A stretch of 64,000 bases of DNA, taken from positions 13,828 to 77,827 of the forward strand of contig JBFXEQ010000012.1 in assembly GCA_050179935.1 (NCBI GenBank), given 5' to 3'. This DNA is from Bacteroidales bacterium (GTDB lineage Bacteria; Bacteroidota; Bacteroidia; Bacteroidales; UBA12077). A program made the position numbers and the translations under genes. The number at the start of each line of letters is the position of its first letter. Position 1 is the first letter of the stretch. The notes under the pieces are model-generated. The model was given only the letters and a program-made list of their open reading frames with translations. It made no database searches and had not been told where the DNA came from. This document shows, one piece after another, positions 38,572-48,075 of this stretch.

Positions 38572-38622
38572 AACGTTGCTTTTTATCAATAAATAATTCT
38601 TTGTTTATAAGTTTAATAATTT

Positions 38623-38648
38623 GAAAAGCCGGGGTTAACCGGCTTTTC
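38623..38648 (-). terminator. Hairpin, possible terminator after the T9SS-sorted protein gene
   Basis: GAAAAGCCGG-GGTTAA-CCGGCTTTTC forms a 10-bp stem. The U-tract is only partly present. Confidence 0.45.
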
Positions 38649-38674
38649 GTATAAAGTGTAAGGATAAGTTTTTT

Positions 38675-39685
38675 CTATTCTCCACTACGAATAATTGTTT
38701 TTGAAATATTTTCATCACCGATTTTAATGTTAATATAGAATATTCCTTGCTGGTTGCCAAGTTGTTCTGAAGTAATTGTTTCTGTGTAATTTCCTGCTGC
38801 CTGTTCTGATTTTTGTAGGGTGTTTAGTTTTCGTCCTGAGTTATCAAAAATGGTGATCTCTACAGGGCTTTTTTTCTGAACAAAATAATCTATCTTGAAG
38901 CTTTGGTTAAAAGGATTTGGATATAGGTTGGCTTTATTATTTTCAAGTTCTGTAATTTCCCCTTCAATAGTTTCATTTATTTTAACTTTTGAATAATAGG
39001 CAGTTCGTATTGTCGAATATCCATTCGCATTCTGACTTTGAATTATAGTCAATAAAGGATATCGAATATCTTTTGAATACCATTTGTATGATACAACCCC
39101 ACAGTTGCATTTAGAATCTTTGCCGTGTTCTTCTTTATAAGTTTTTATTCGAATTACATTGTTATAAGTTCCGGTTGGAATTATCAAAGTACCGTAGGCA
39201 TCAGCTTCAAGAGTGTATTTTCCTTCGATAGCTTGCTCAAAATTGGGCCCTGTTATTGTTCCTGAGAAATCACCCGAATAAACATCACCATATTCAAAAG
39301 GAAACACCATTTTTACAAAAGGCTTATCGTATTTGGTAATTGTATTATTTGTTACAGTTCCATATTGCTCCATAATATTCCCATTTGATTTAAAAAAGAA
39401 TTTAACACCAAACTCTTCGAGAACAGTATTTGCTTCCGGAATATCAAGAGATTTGCCCGTTTTAGCCACATCGTACATATAACTGGTAAGCTGTGAATTT
39501 GTTTCGATATTCGAGAAATCCCAGACTCGTGCTGCTCCACTTGGTCCTGCCTCAACGTTGTTTGTAATATTAAAATAATGTTCATCACCTATTTTAAGAA
39601 TATGCGAATCACTTTTCATTAAAAATTGTCCTCTTACTGCAAAAACAGTGCAGGTTAAAATAATAAAAATGTATATTTTTTTCAT
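38675..39685 (-). CDS. Secreted protein with T9SS type A C-terminal sorting domain
   Basis: 336 aa with a signal peptide. The C-terminal ~80 aa (NLYPNPFNQSFKIDYF...ITIFDNSGRKL...GIFYINIKIGD) match the T9SS CTD pattern. The N-terminal domain is unassigned. Confidence 0.75.
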   Translation of the reverse strand: MKKIYIFIILTCTVFAVRGQFLMKSDSHILKIGDEHYFNITNNVEAGPSGAARVWDFSNIETNSQLTSYMYDVAKTGKSLDIPEANTVLEEFGVKFFFKSNGNIMEQYGTVTNNTITKYDKPFVKMVFPFEYGDVYSGDFSGTITGPNFEQAIEGKYTLEADAYGTLIIPTGTYNNVIRIKTYKEEHGKDSKCNCGVVSYKWYSKDIRYPLLTIIQSQNANGYSTIRTAYYSKVKINETIEGEITELENNKANLYPNPFNQSFKIDYFVQKKSPVEITIFDNSGRKLNTLQKSEQAAGNYTETITSEQLGNQQGIFYINIKIGDENISKTIIRSGE

Positions 39686-39906
39686 GGTCGGTTAGTTTTA
39701 AATTTTTAAGATTGATAAATTACAAAAAAATTGGGGTGAAGGGAAATAATAATTAAAGAATTTTATTGCGGGAGGCCTGTATGTTAGTTAAAATAAAGTA
39801 AATAACCAATCTTTATAGGCATAACAGGCTGATTTTCTATTTGATAAGTATTTATACCTATTCTTTTTTACGATTTTTAACTGTTTACTTAGACGAGTAT
39901 TCAATC

Positions 39907-39914
39907 TACTTTTG
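39907..39914 (+). promoter_or_regulatory. Candidate -7 box (TAnnTTTG) for the hdr-like operon
   Basis: TACTTTTG lies 36 nt upstream of the ATG at 39950. Confidence 0.35.
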
Positions 39915-39949
39915 TAAGATTAGGAATATAACCATCTTACATATTTTTT

Positions 39950-40663
39950 ATGGAAAAACTCTACGATCTTCTTTTGCAGGATATTCGTTTTGAAGAAGGA
40001 TTAAATGCCTGTATGAATTGTGGTGTTTGTACAGCAATTTGCCCTGCTGCAGAGTTTTATAAATATGATCCGCGCGAAATAGTTGATACTGTTCAAACCA
40101 AAGATGAAACCAAAATCGAAGCTTTGTTAAAGGGAGAAACCATTTGGTACTGTGGCCAATGCATGTCTTGTAAAACAAGATGTCCGCGTGGTAATACTCC
40201 TGCAATGGTTATTATGGCTTTACGAACATTATCGCAAAAACTTGGATATTTTACCGATTCGGAAAAAGGTCGTCAGCAATTTGCCATAAAGAGAACTGTT
40301 GGCGAAAATATACTCAAGTATGGTTACTGCGTACCAACGTATGCTGTTACGCCCGAAATGCATCCTGAGCAAGGTCCCATTTGGAATTATATAAGCGAAA
40401 ATATTGAAGAAGTTATGGAACGTTTAGGTGCAAACCTAAGAAAACCAGGCCCTGGATCAATGCGAAAGATTCATCAATCCAACTTGGATGAACTTGATAA
40501 AATTTTCGAAGTTTCTGGTGGATATAATATGTTTAAAGATATTGAGCAGTACTCAGAGAAAAAAGCAAATGAGATGGGGTTGGAATTTAAAAAAGAGGGT
40601 ACCGATAATGAGTATTTCAGGCATGTATATACATTTAACAGTGGAAATCATAGTAAAGAATAA
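39950..40663 (+). CDS. HdrC-like 4Fe-4S dicluster protein
   Basis: 237 aa. Two cluster motifs are present, CMNCGVCTAICP and CGQCMSCKTRCPRG, with the spacing of heterodisulfide reductase subunit C. Confidence 0.75.
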   Translation: MEKLYDLLLQDIRFEEGLNACMNCGVCTAICPAAEFYKYDPREIVDTVQTKDETKIEALLKGETIWYCGQCMSCKTRCPRGNTPAMVIMALRTLSQKLGYFTDSEKGRQQFAIKRTVGENILKYGYCVPTYAVTPEMHPEQGPIWNYISENIEEVMERLGANLRKPGPGSMRKIHQSNLDELDKIFEVSGGYNMFKDIEQYSEKKANEMGLEFKKEGTDNEYFRHVYTFNSGNHSKE

Positions 40664-40665
40664 TT

Positions 40666-41727
40666 ATGGACGCAACAAATAATATTTGGAAAAATTACCA
40701 GAAAGAGATTGCAGAAGATCATTACTATTATGTTCGCAGTTGCATTCGTCAGAGCTTTTTTCCGGCTTCTGAGGAGTTTTTTCTTAAAATTCTGAAAGAT
40801 GAACTGGGTAAGGATATTTTTGATGATCCGAACCATACCACTTGCACAGGTATTGGCTATCATGCTGATGTGGTGCCTTTTGAAACTATAATGACTGTTG
40901 TGGCCAGACATTTTGCCCTGATGAAAGAATCCGGATACAAAAACATTATTATTTCCTGTGTTACATCCTTTGGTATTTATACTGAAATTATAGAAACATG
41001 GAAACATTTTCCCGAAGTACTTGAAAAAACCCGTGAAAATCTTTATAAAGCCACAAAAAGAGAGTTTGATATTCCGCTTAACATGGCTCATTCAAGTGAT
41101 ATTATCTACAAATTCAGACACGAGATTGCTGACAAATTAAAATATAGACTGGTTAATCAAATAACAGGTAAGCCGCTAAAAATTGTAGAACATATTGGAT
41201 GTCATTACTCTAAAATGTTCCCAAAATATGGAGTTGGTGGGGCTGAGTTTCCTCAAGTATTAGCTGGAATGATTAATGCGTGGGGCGGAAATGTTATCGA
41301 TTATCCCGAGCGTCGCCATTGTTGTGGTTTTGGTTTTCGACAATATTTGGTTCAGGCAAATCGAGGCTATTCTGCAGCAAACTCTAAAAAGAAATTTGAA
41401 TCGATGGAGCCCTATAAACCAGATATGATTTTATGTAATTGCCCGGGATGTACTATGTTTATGGATAAATGGCAGTACACTATTTCAGAGATGGTAGCCA
41501 AAACCTATGGCGAAAACAATCAGGGAATTCCTGTTCTTACTTATGAAGAGCTTGCAGGATTAGTTTTAGGTTATAATCCATGGGATCTGGGATTGCAGTT
41601 TCATCAAATTCAGTCGGAGCCGTTACTTCAAAAAATGGGAATTGATTATTCTTCAAAAGATAAGTATAAAACAAGATCAGGAATTCAGATGCCTATGCCT
41701 GAATGTCCTGCAAATATTAGTTACTAA
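40666..41727 (+). CDS. HdrB-like CCG-domain protein
   Basis: 353 aa. Cysteine-rich CCG-type motifs (RRHCCGFGF, CNCPGCTMF) are present. It starts 2 nt after the HdrC-like stop. Confidence 0.75.
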   Translation: MDATNNIWKNYQKEIAEDHYYYVRSCIRQSFFPASEEFFLKILKDELGKDIFDDPNHTTCTGIGYHADVVPFETIMTVVARHFALMKESGYKNIIISCVTSFGIYTEIIETWKHFPEVLEKTRENLYKATKREFDIPLNMAHSSDIIYKFRHEIADKLKYRLVNQITGKPLKIVEHIGCHYSKMFPKYGVGGAEFPQVLAGMINAWGGNVIDYPERRHCCGFGFRQYLVQANRGYSAANSKKKFESMEPYKPDMILCNCPGCTMFMDKWQYTISEMVAKTYGENNQGIPVLTYEELAGLVLGYNPWDLGLQFHQIQSEPLLQKMGIDYSSKDKYKTRSGIQMPMPECPANISY

Positions 41728-41729
41728 TT

Positions 41730-42782
41730 ATGAATAAAAAAGTAGTTGTTATCGGTGGTGGAATTACCGGAATGGAAGCTTCAGTGCAGCTTTCTGCATT
41801 AGGTTATTCGGTTACAATTTTAGAAAAAGAAAGCCAGCTTGGTGGTCATTTAAAAGACTGGACTGTACTTTTCCCCAATCTCCGAAAAGGTCATGAGATT
41901 GTATCGTTTCTTGAACACGGACTCGAATTACAGGAAGTAAATGTTATTTACAACTCAAAAATTTCTGAAATAAAAAGGGTTAATAAACATTATGAAATTG
42001 CTCTCGAAAGCAGAAAATCAATCATAGCTGATGCCATTCTGGTAGCTACAGGGTTTGATTTATTTGATGCTCATCGCAAAGAAGAATTTGGATACGGTAT
42101 TTACGAAAATGTAATTACATCATACGATTTGGAAAAGCTATTTGCTCAAAAAGGAGAAATTAAAACTCCCTCAGGAATAAAGCCAAAGCGTATTGGATTC
42201 ATTCATTGTGTTGGATCACGCGATGAGAAAGTAAATAACCACTACTGCTCGAATGTGTGTTGTGTTACTGGAGTAAAGCAGGCGATGGAACTTAAGACAC
42301 TTATTCCGGATGCTGAAATTTTCAATTTTTACATGGATATGCGCATGTTCGATACACATTTTGAAGAATTGTATCTCGAATCACAAAAAAAATACGGAAT
42401 CAACTTTGTCCGAGGTCGTTTATCAGAGGCTAATGAAACTATTGATAAACGAATCGTAATTAAAGTTGAAGATACATTAACCAGCCGACCACTGAAAATG
42501 ACTGTTGATATGATAGTGCTCCTGGTTGGAATGGAACCATCGAAAGGAACCAAAGAAATTGCAAATCTTTTAAATCTTAAACTACGCGAAAGCGGATTTT
42601 TAAAGCCCGAAGATGATCATACCATGTCGAATGTATCGAATATGGCGGGGGTATTTTTTGCAGGAACATGCAGTGGTCCAATGTCTATTAAATATACATT
42701 TACCGATGCACGCGCCGCAGTTACAAAAATTAATTGTTTTTTAAAAGAATACGAATTACAAAATCGAATATTAGTAAACTAA
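41730..42782 (+). CDS. HdrA-like FAD-dependent oxidoreductase (short form, no ferredoxin domains)
   Basis: 350 aa with a dinucleotide fold (VVVIGGGITGMEAS...LEKESQLGGH) and the HdrA-type cysteine segment HCVGSRD...HYCSNVCC. Confidence 0.75.
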   Translation: MNKKVVVIGGGITGMEASVQLSALGYSVTILEKESQLGGHLKDWTVLFPNLRKGHEIVSFLEHGLELQEVNVIYNSKISEIKRVNKHYEIALESRKSIIADAILVATGFDLFDAHRKEEFGYGIYENVITSYDLEKLFAQKGEIKTPSGIKPKRIGFIHCVGSRDEKVNNHYCSNVCCVTGVKQAMELKTLIPDAEIFNFYMDMRMFDTHFEELYLESQKKYGINFVRGRLSEANETIDKRIVIKVEDTLTSRPLKMTVDMIVLLVGMEPSKGTKEIANLLNLKLRESGFLKPEDDHTMSNVSNMAGVFFAGTCSGPMSIKYTFTDARAAVTKINCFLKEYELQNRILVN

Positions 42783-42786
42783 ATAC

Positions 42787-43131
42787 ATGTCAAAATTTGG
42801 ATTTACAATAAATAAGCCCCGGGTAATTGATTACGATCTCGCCGATAAGCGCGTATTGAACTATGTACTTGCAAATGAACCCAGCTTTAATTTATGCATC
42901 TTTTGTGGTTCTTGCACATCAACCTGTTCGGCATGTAATTTTACGGATTTTAATATCCGGAAACTGAAAATGTTTATTCGTCGTGGTTTAGTTGAAGATA
43001 TTGGAGTCGAAGCGGAGAAATGCATGCTTTGTGGCAAATGTTTTCTGGTTTGTCCACGAGGAGTAAATAACCGCAATATTGTTTTAAAAGTACGCGAAGC
43101 ATTAACTAAAATCGAAAGCCATGAATTATAG
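42787..43131 (+). CDS. Small 2x[4Fe-4S]-type ferredoxin
   Basis: 114 aa with CIFCGSCTSTCSAC and CMLCGKCFLVCPRG. Confidence 0.7.
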   Translation: MSKFGFTINKPRVIDYDLADKRVLNYVLANEPSFNLCIFCGSCTSTCSACNFTDFNIRKLKMFIRRGLVEDIGVEAEKCMLCGKCFLVCPRGVNNRNIVLKVREALTKIESHEL

Positions 43132-44950
43132 TCATTTCGTTTTGCCATTTACTATTGGCTTAATAGCATTACTAGCATACATGCTGGTTCGGTTTGGTAT
43201 TTGGATCTATAAACTTGATAAAGAAGATAAGCAGCATATACGTAAAAATATTTTTTCGATAAAATCGCTGCAAGCAGTTAAAGAGATTTTTACAGAAAGT
43301 TTATTGCATCGCAATATTTTCAAAACCAATAAAGTACTTGGCTATATGCACATGAGCCTTGCTTTTGGCTGGTTATTATTAATTATTGGAGGCCATATTC
43401 AAACCTGGATTTATTACAATACGCTTTCAAATCCAGTTTATATACCAATATTTTTCGAATATTTTGTGCACAATAAAACAGGAATGCTGTTTGGTGAGGT
43501 ACTTACTTTTACAATGGATTTAATTCTGCTATTTATTCTTACCGGTGTTGCCCTAGCATATTTTAAGCGTTTTTATTCAAAAATGTTTGGGATGAAAAAA
43601 ACCACCTCGCTTAAATTAGGTGATAAATTTGCATTGGCATCATTATGGCTAATTTTCCCATTGCGTTTATTTGCCGAAAGCACAACTGCTTCGTTGCATG
43701 GTACAGGTGGTTTTTTAACACAAAATTTTGGTAACTGGATAGCCGGATTTATTCCTGCAACTGGCTTTGAACCTGTTTTTTGGTGGGCATATTCTATTTC
43801 TTTAGGAGTGTTCTTTTTATCACTTCCTTTTTCAAGATATATGCATATTCCTACAGAATTATTACTAATTACCTTGCGTAAATGGGGAGTAAAATCAAAA
43901 GAAACCTTCGATTCCTTTGCCGATGTTGAGTTACATTCTTGTTCGCGTTGTGGAATATGTATTGATCCCTGCCAGATGTCATCAACAGGAATTAGCAAAA
44001 AAACACCGGCCAGTTATTTTTTAAAATCAGTTCGTGACAAAGAAATTAACTCTTACGATGCCTTTAATTGTTTGATGTGTGGGAGGTGCGAAGATAAATG
44101 CCCGGTAGGTATTACAACCACAAATCAACGATTAGCGCAAAGAATAAATTTAGCCAATAAGAGGCAAGGTGATTTCTCTTATCTAAAGGAGATTAATCAT
44201 CAGGCAAAAACCGATGTGGTTTATTTTGCCGGATGTATGTCGCATCTTACTCCAGGTATAACGCGGTCAATGGTAAAAATCTTTTCAAAAGCGAAGGTTA
44301 ATTATTGGTTTATGGATGAAGATGGATCGGTTTGTTGTGGTCGTCCACAGAAGCTTGCCGGAAACTTAAAAGCCATGCAACAACTAATGGATTTTAATAA
44401 AAAACAAATTATAGACTCCGGTGCAAAAACACTTGTTACTTCTTGCCCTATTTGTTATAAAGTTTTTTCTGAGGATTATAAGCTGGGAATAGAAGTGTTG
44501 CATCATTCACAATATTTGAACAGGTTAGTTGAGCAGAAATTAATCCCTGTACAAGCAGACACTAAGAAAGTTGTTTATCACGATCCTTGTGAACTTGGAC
44601 GAGGTGCAGGAATTTACGATGAGCCGAGAAAACTATTAACCCATGTGGCAACACTTGTTTCAACAAAACACGAAAAACAGGATTCGTTGTGTTGTGGAGG
44701 CAGCCTTGGAAACCTCGAAATTGAAGCTACAAATCGTTCTTTAATTGCTAAAGATGTTGTTGACGAACTCACCAAACCAAATCCAGATATTATTGCAACG
44801 GCCTGCCCTTTATGCAAAAAAACATTTATTAAAGTTTCAAATGTTAAAGTTCTCGATATTGCTGAACTTATAGCTATATCTATACTGGAGAAGAACGAAA
44901 AATCTGACGAAAAGAAGAAAACTACTGTTTTGCAGGAAGAATTGGTTTAA
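43121..44950 (+). CDS. Fused membrane cytochrome-b-like (HdrE/DsrM/NarI-type) and HdrD/DsrK-like Fe-S CCG protein
   Basis: 609 aa. About 5 N-terminal TMs end in FSRYMHIP. Then come CSRCGICIDPC and CLMCGRCEDKCP, followed by two CCG domains (VCCGRP...SCPICYK and LCCGGSLG...ACPLCKK). It overlaps the previous gene by 11 nt. Confidence 0.75.
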   Translation: MNYSHFVLPFTIGLIALLAYMLVRFGIWIYKLDKEDKQHIRKNIFSIKSLQAVKEIFTESLLHRNIFKTNKVLGYMHMSLAFGWLLLIIGGHIQTWIYYNTLSNPVYIPIFFEYFVHNKTGMLFGEVLTFTMDLILLFILTGVALAYFKRFYSKMFGMKKTTSLKLGDKFALASLWLIFPLRLFAESTTASLHGTGGFLTQNFGNWIAGFIPATGFEPVFWWAYSISLGVFFLSLPFSRYMHIPTELLLITLRKWGVKSKETFDSFADVELHSCSRCGICIDPCQMSSTGISKKTPASYFLKSVRDKEINSYDAFNCLMCGRCEDKCPVGITTTNQRLAQRINLANKRQGDFSYLKEINHQAKTDVVYFAGCMSHLTPGITRSMVKIFSKAKVNYWFMDEDGSVCCGRPQKLAGNLKAMQQLMDFNKKQIIDSGAKTLVTSCPICYKVFSEDYKLGIEVLHHSQYLNRLVEQKLIPVQADTKKVVYHDPCELGRGAGIYDEPRKLLTHVATLVSTKHEKQDSLCCGGSLGNLEIEATNRSLIAKDVVDELTKPNPDIIATACPLCKKTFIKVSNVKVLDIAELIAISILEKNEKSDEKKKTTVLQEELV

Positions 44951-44970
44951 TACATAAAAAATTATAAAGT

Positions 44971-45003
44971 AAAAGACTGCTTTAAGAGAGCAGTCTTTTT
45001 TTA
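44971..45003 (+). terminator. Intrinsic terminator after the hdr-like operon
   Basis: AAAAGACTGCTTTAAGAGAGCAGTCTTTTTTT. Confidence 0.75.
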
Positions 45004-45061
45004 TTATTCATCAAAGAGAAAAACATCTTCGATTTTTGACTCAAATTTGTTACAACATTAT

Positions 45062-48049
45062 TTATTCAGTTACATTAAATGTTGCTTTAAATAAACCACT
45101 ATTTGCTTTAATTTTATCTTCACCTCCATAAACACAGATTGCATTTTGAGAAAGAATATCTTTTACCATTTTTTCCATTGCTCTAATATCTTCAGGAGTT
45201 GTAGTTAAAATGGCATTTCTTTCGTTTTTTAGTTGCTCATATGTCGTTTTTGTAAAATAATTATAAACGCCAATAGAGCCTCTTTGCGATGCGGTTGTTG
45301 GCTGATCCAAATCGGAGATAGTACCGATTATGAAACGTGTCATTTCGGTATTATTCGGATTAAAGGATTTTAAAAACTCTGGAGCGCCATCGAAGTTTTC
45401 AATTGTTTCTTTTAGGTTTGGATCACGATATGATTGGAAATAAGCAATACCAGATGTTGTAAATCGGCTTGATCCTCCATAGGCTCCACCCATAACCCTG
45501 ATTTTATTATGCAGGTAATCTCTTGATAAAACCTGGTTAAGTACACGTATTTTACCATTATACTGATAACCTAGTTTCTTATAATCATAACCTTTAATAA
45601 CATACTGAACCTTAGATGCAGTCGTTAAACCTTCGTTCTTTAATTCATATTTAAAATTCCAGTTCTGGTATTGTGGTTTGCCTGATTCAAGCGAAGAAAC
45701 AAATGAATTAAAATCTTTTGTATAAACAGCGTAGTTTTCTTTTGAACAGGTAATTGCAGCAATCAAATTTTCTTTGGTCATTAATAGCGCAATAACTTTG
45801 TTCAGATTATCACTAATTTCTTTTTGTTTTATCTCAAAATTCTTAGTTAAATCGGTAATAAACTGGTAGTACTCAATCCCGTTGGTAAGCTCGTTATACA
45901 TGCCCTGCTTACTAAAATAGGATTGCAATCGGTTAATGGCATACATGCTTCCGTTATTTTTTACGCTTGATTCAATTCTTGCTTGATATCTTACTAAAAC
46001 ATCTTTCACTCTTTCGGCATCATTTAAATTAGAGTTTTTTAGTATTTCTGATGTCAGGTCGAAAAGTTTTTTGCTTTTTCCAACTGTGGCTTTTGATGAG
46101 ATTACAAATTTGGGCTGCAATAAATCATCATTATAATTTTCTAAATAAGATGAAATATAAGTATTAAAACCGCCTGTATGTATGTTTAACTCATTGTCCA
46201 GATCGCCAAAAGAATAGGTTTTGGTATTTACTGATCCTAAAAGCTCTGACAATAATGATGCATAAGGAATTAAATCCTGAGGCAAAACGCGAAGATCAAA
46301 ATATAATGTTGAATAAAGAATATCGTTTGTAAAATCTTCATAATGCAGTACTGGTACATTTCCAATGTTTTTTTCTTTTACAGTAAAATATTCCACTTCT
46401 GGGCTAATGTCTTTAATTTCGAGCATAGGAATTGATGCTAAAGCCTCAGGAGAATCTCCTTCTTCCTGATATGCTTTCAACGCTTTAGTTTCTTCAACCA
46501 ATTTTTCAAGTTGTTCTTTGCTCAGGCTGGCTTTATACTCAGCCAGTTCTTTGGCTGTTTGGGCAGCAATCTCTTTTTCAAGTCCGGGTTGTGGTTTTAA
46601 AACCAGTAATAAAGTATGCGGATTTGATAATAAATTCTCTTTAATAATTTTTTCAAGCAGTCCGTTTTCAACTCCCTTTTTAACATTCGCCAGAGCCAGT
46701 TCAAATTCTAATCCCTTAAACGGATCATTGTCAAAGAAAACGGTTTTCTGTGTTTTCATCAGATACATCATCCCTTTCTGAGAGCTGTTGTTTTCTCTTA
46801 ATCCAAACTCCATACGATTAATAATACCTTCAATCATTTTCTTGTCAAAACCTTCTTCGGCAACCTTTTGCATGGTAGAATATACAATTTGATCGAATTT
46901 ATCACGGTCTTCAGTATTTGCATTCTGAACAGTTATTTGAAAAACATTTTGCAAAATATCGTTAACCGAAGCTCTAACGTCTTTTCCAATTTTGGCTTCC
47001 TGCAAAGCAATACGAATTGGGGCCGATTCGTGGTTTACTAATGCTTCACGCAAAATATTCAAAGCCATTACAAGTTCCTGATCGGTGTTTTTACCTGTAA
47101 CAATGCTTAAATTTAAAAAAGTATTATTTGTTGTTGAACTCCCTTCGGCTACAGCATAAGGTTTTTCGGCATATTTTTTTGCTTCGAATGGTTTTTGTAT
47201 CGGAATTTCAATTTTTTCACCTGTTTTTTCATATTTTGAAAGGTACTCTTCATTTATAAAGGTGAGTTCTTTATTTAAATCAGCATTTCCATAAAGTATA
47301 ATATAACTGTTTTCAGGATGATAATATTTTTTATGAAAAGCTTTGAAATAATCATAAGTTAATTTTGGAATTGCAGAAGGATATCCACCAGAAGAAACGC
47401 CATAAGTGTTGTCGGGGAAAAGGATTTTATAAGCCTGATAACTTAATTCGCGACCAGGACTTGAGAAAGCGCCTTTCATTTCATTATAAACAACGCCTTT
47501 ATATACAATATCTCCCTCAATATTATCGAGTTCGTAATGCCATCCTTCTTGTTTTAAAATCCTTGAGTCAGTATGTAAAACAGGATTAAAAACAGCATCA
47601 AGATATACATGCATTAAATTAAAATAATCCTTATCGTTCATGCTGGCTACTGGATAAGTTGTAAAGTCAGAACTTGTCATTGCATTCAGGAAAGTGTTTA
47701 ATGACCCTTTTATGAGTATATCAAAAGGACTTTTAACAGGGAAATTAGTGGATCCATTCAATACCGAATGCTCAAGAACATGAGGAGTACCATAGTCGGT
47801 TTCGGGTGTAGTTCTAAAAGTAATACCAAATAATTTATTATTGTCGTTATCAGCAACTTTCAATAAACGGGCACCTGATTTTTCGTGAACAAAATACAGG
47901 CAGTTTGTATTTATTTCTTTTACAAACCGTTGGTCAATGAGTTTAAACCCATGGTAGGTTTTTCCTTTTTCAAACTTGGTTTGAGCCTTTGCGGTCCAAG
48001 CCAATAAACAAACAACAAAAATTGTTACAAGGGTGATTGTTTTTTTCAT
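45062..48049 (-). CDS. Secreted M16-family (insulinase/PreP-like) zinc peptidase
   Basis: 995 aa with a signal peptide and an inverted zinc motif (HVLEHSVLNGS). Its length and four-domain layout resemble PreP-type M16C enzymes. Confidence 0.85.
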   Translation of the reverse strand: MKKTITLVTIFVVCLLAWTAKAQTKFEKGKTYHGFKLIDQRFVKEINTNCLYFVHEKSGARLLKVADNDNNKLFGITFRTTPETDYGTPHVLEHSVLNGSTNFPVKSPFDILIKGSLNTFLNAMTSSDFTTYPVASMNDKDYFNLMHVYLDAVFNPVLHTDSRILKQEGWHYELDNIEGDIVYKGVVYNEMKGAFSSPGRELSYQAYKILFPDNTYGVSSGGYPSAIPKLTYDYFKAFHKKYYHPENSYIILYGNADLNKELTFINEEYLSKYEKTGEKIEIPIQKPFEAKKYAEKPYAVAEGSSTTNNTFLNLSIVTGKNTDQELVMALNILREALVNHESAPIRIALQEAKIGKDVRASVNDILQNVFQITVQNANTEDRDKFDQIVYSTMQKVAEEGFDKKMIEGIINRMEFGLRENNSSQKGMMYLMKTQKTVFFDNDPFKGLEFELALANVKKGVENGLLEKIIKENLLSNPHTLLLVLKPQPGLEKEIAAQTAKELAEYKASLSKEQLEKLVEETKALKAYQEEGDSPEALASIPMLEIKDISPEVEYFTVKEKNIGNVPVLHYEDFTNDILYSTLYFDLRVLPQDLIPYASLLSELLGSVNTKTYSFGDLDNELNIHTGGFNTYISSYLENYNDDLLQPKFVISSKATVGKSKKLFDLTSEILKNSNLNDAERVKDVLVRYQARIESSVKNNGSMYAINRLQSYFSKQGMYNELTNGIEYYQFITDLTKNFEIKQKEISDNLNKVIALLMTKENLIAAITCSKENYAVYTKDFNSFVSSLESGKPQYQNWNFKYELKNEGLTTASKVQYVIKGYDYKKLGYQYNGKIRVLNQVLSRDYLHNKIRVMGGAYGGSSRFTTSGIAYFQSYRDPNLKETIENFDGAPEFLKSFNPNNTEMTRFIIGTISDLDQPTTASQRGSIGVYNYFTKTTYEQLKNERNAILTTTPEDIRAMEKMVKDILSQNAICVYGGEDKIKANSGLFKATFNVTE

Positions 48050-48075
48050 TTGCTAAGTGGTTTAAATTAGTAAGG

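Noticed and set aside
38396-38596. A 66-aa plus-strand ORF from the ORF track.
   Set aside because: The opposite strand reads as a coherent DUF2007-like domain in line with the ypfJ operon direction, whereas the plus-strand translation has no features.
39686-39949. A possible structured RNA or riboswitch in the 264-nt leader of the hdr-like operon (GCCTGT...ACAGGC long-range pairing, GGTGAAGG motif).
   Set aside because: The pairing is short with a ~40-nt AT-rich loop, and no known riboswitch core was recognised. It would need covariation evidence that I cannot compute.
40648-41091. A 147-aa ORF antisense to the HdrB-like gene, together with similar antisense ORFs at 43573-43998, 42861-43148 and 4332-4706.
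   Set aside because: They lie entirely within well-supported sense genes and contain no recognisable motifs. Their composition is typical of antisense frames.
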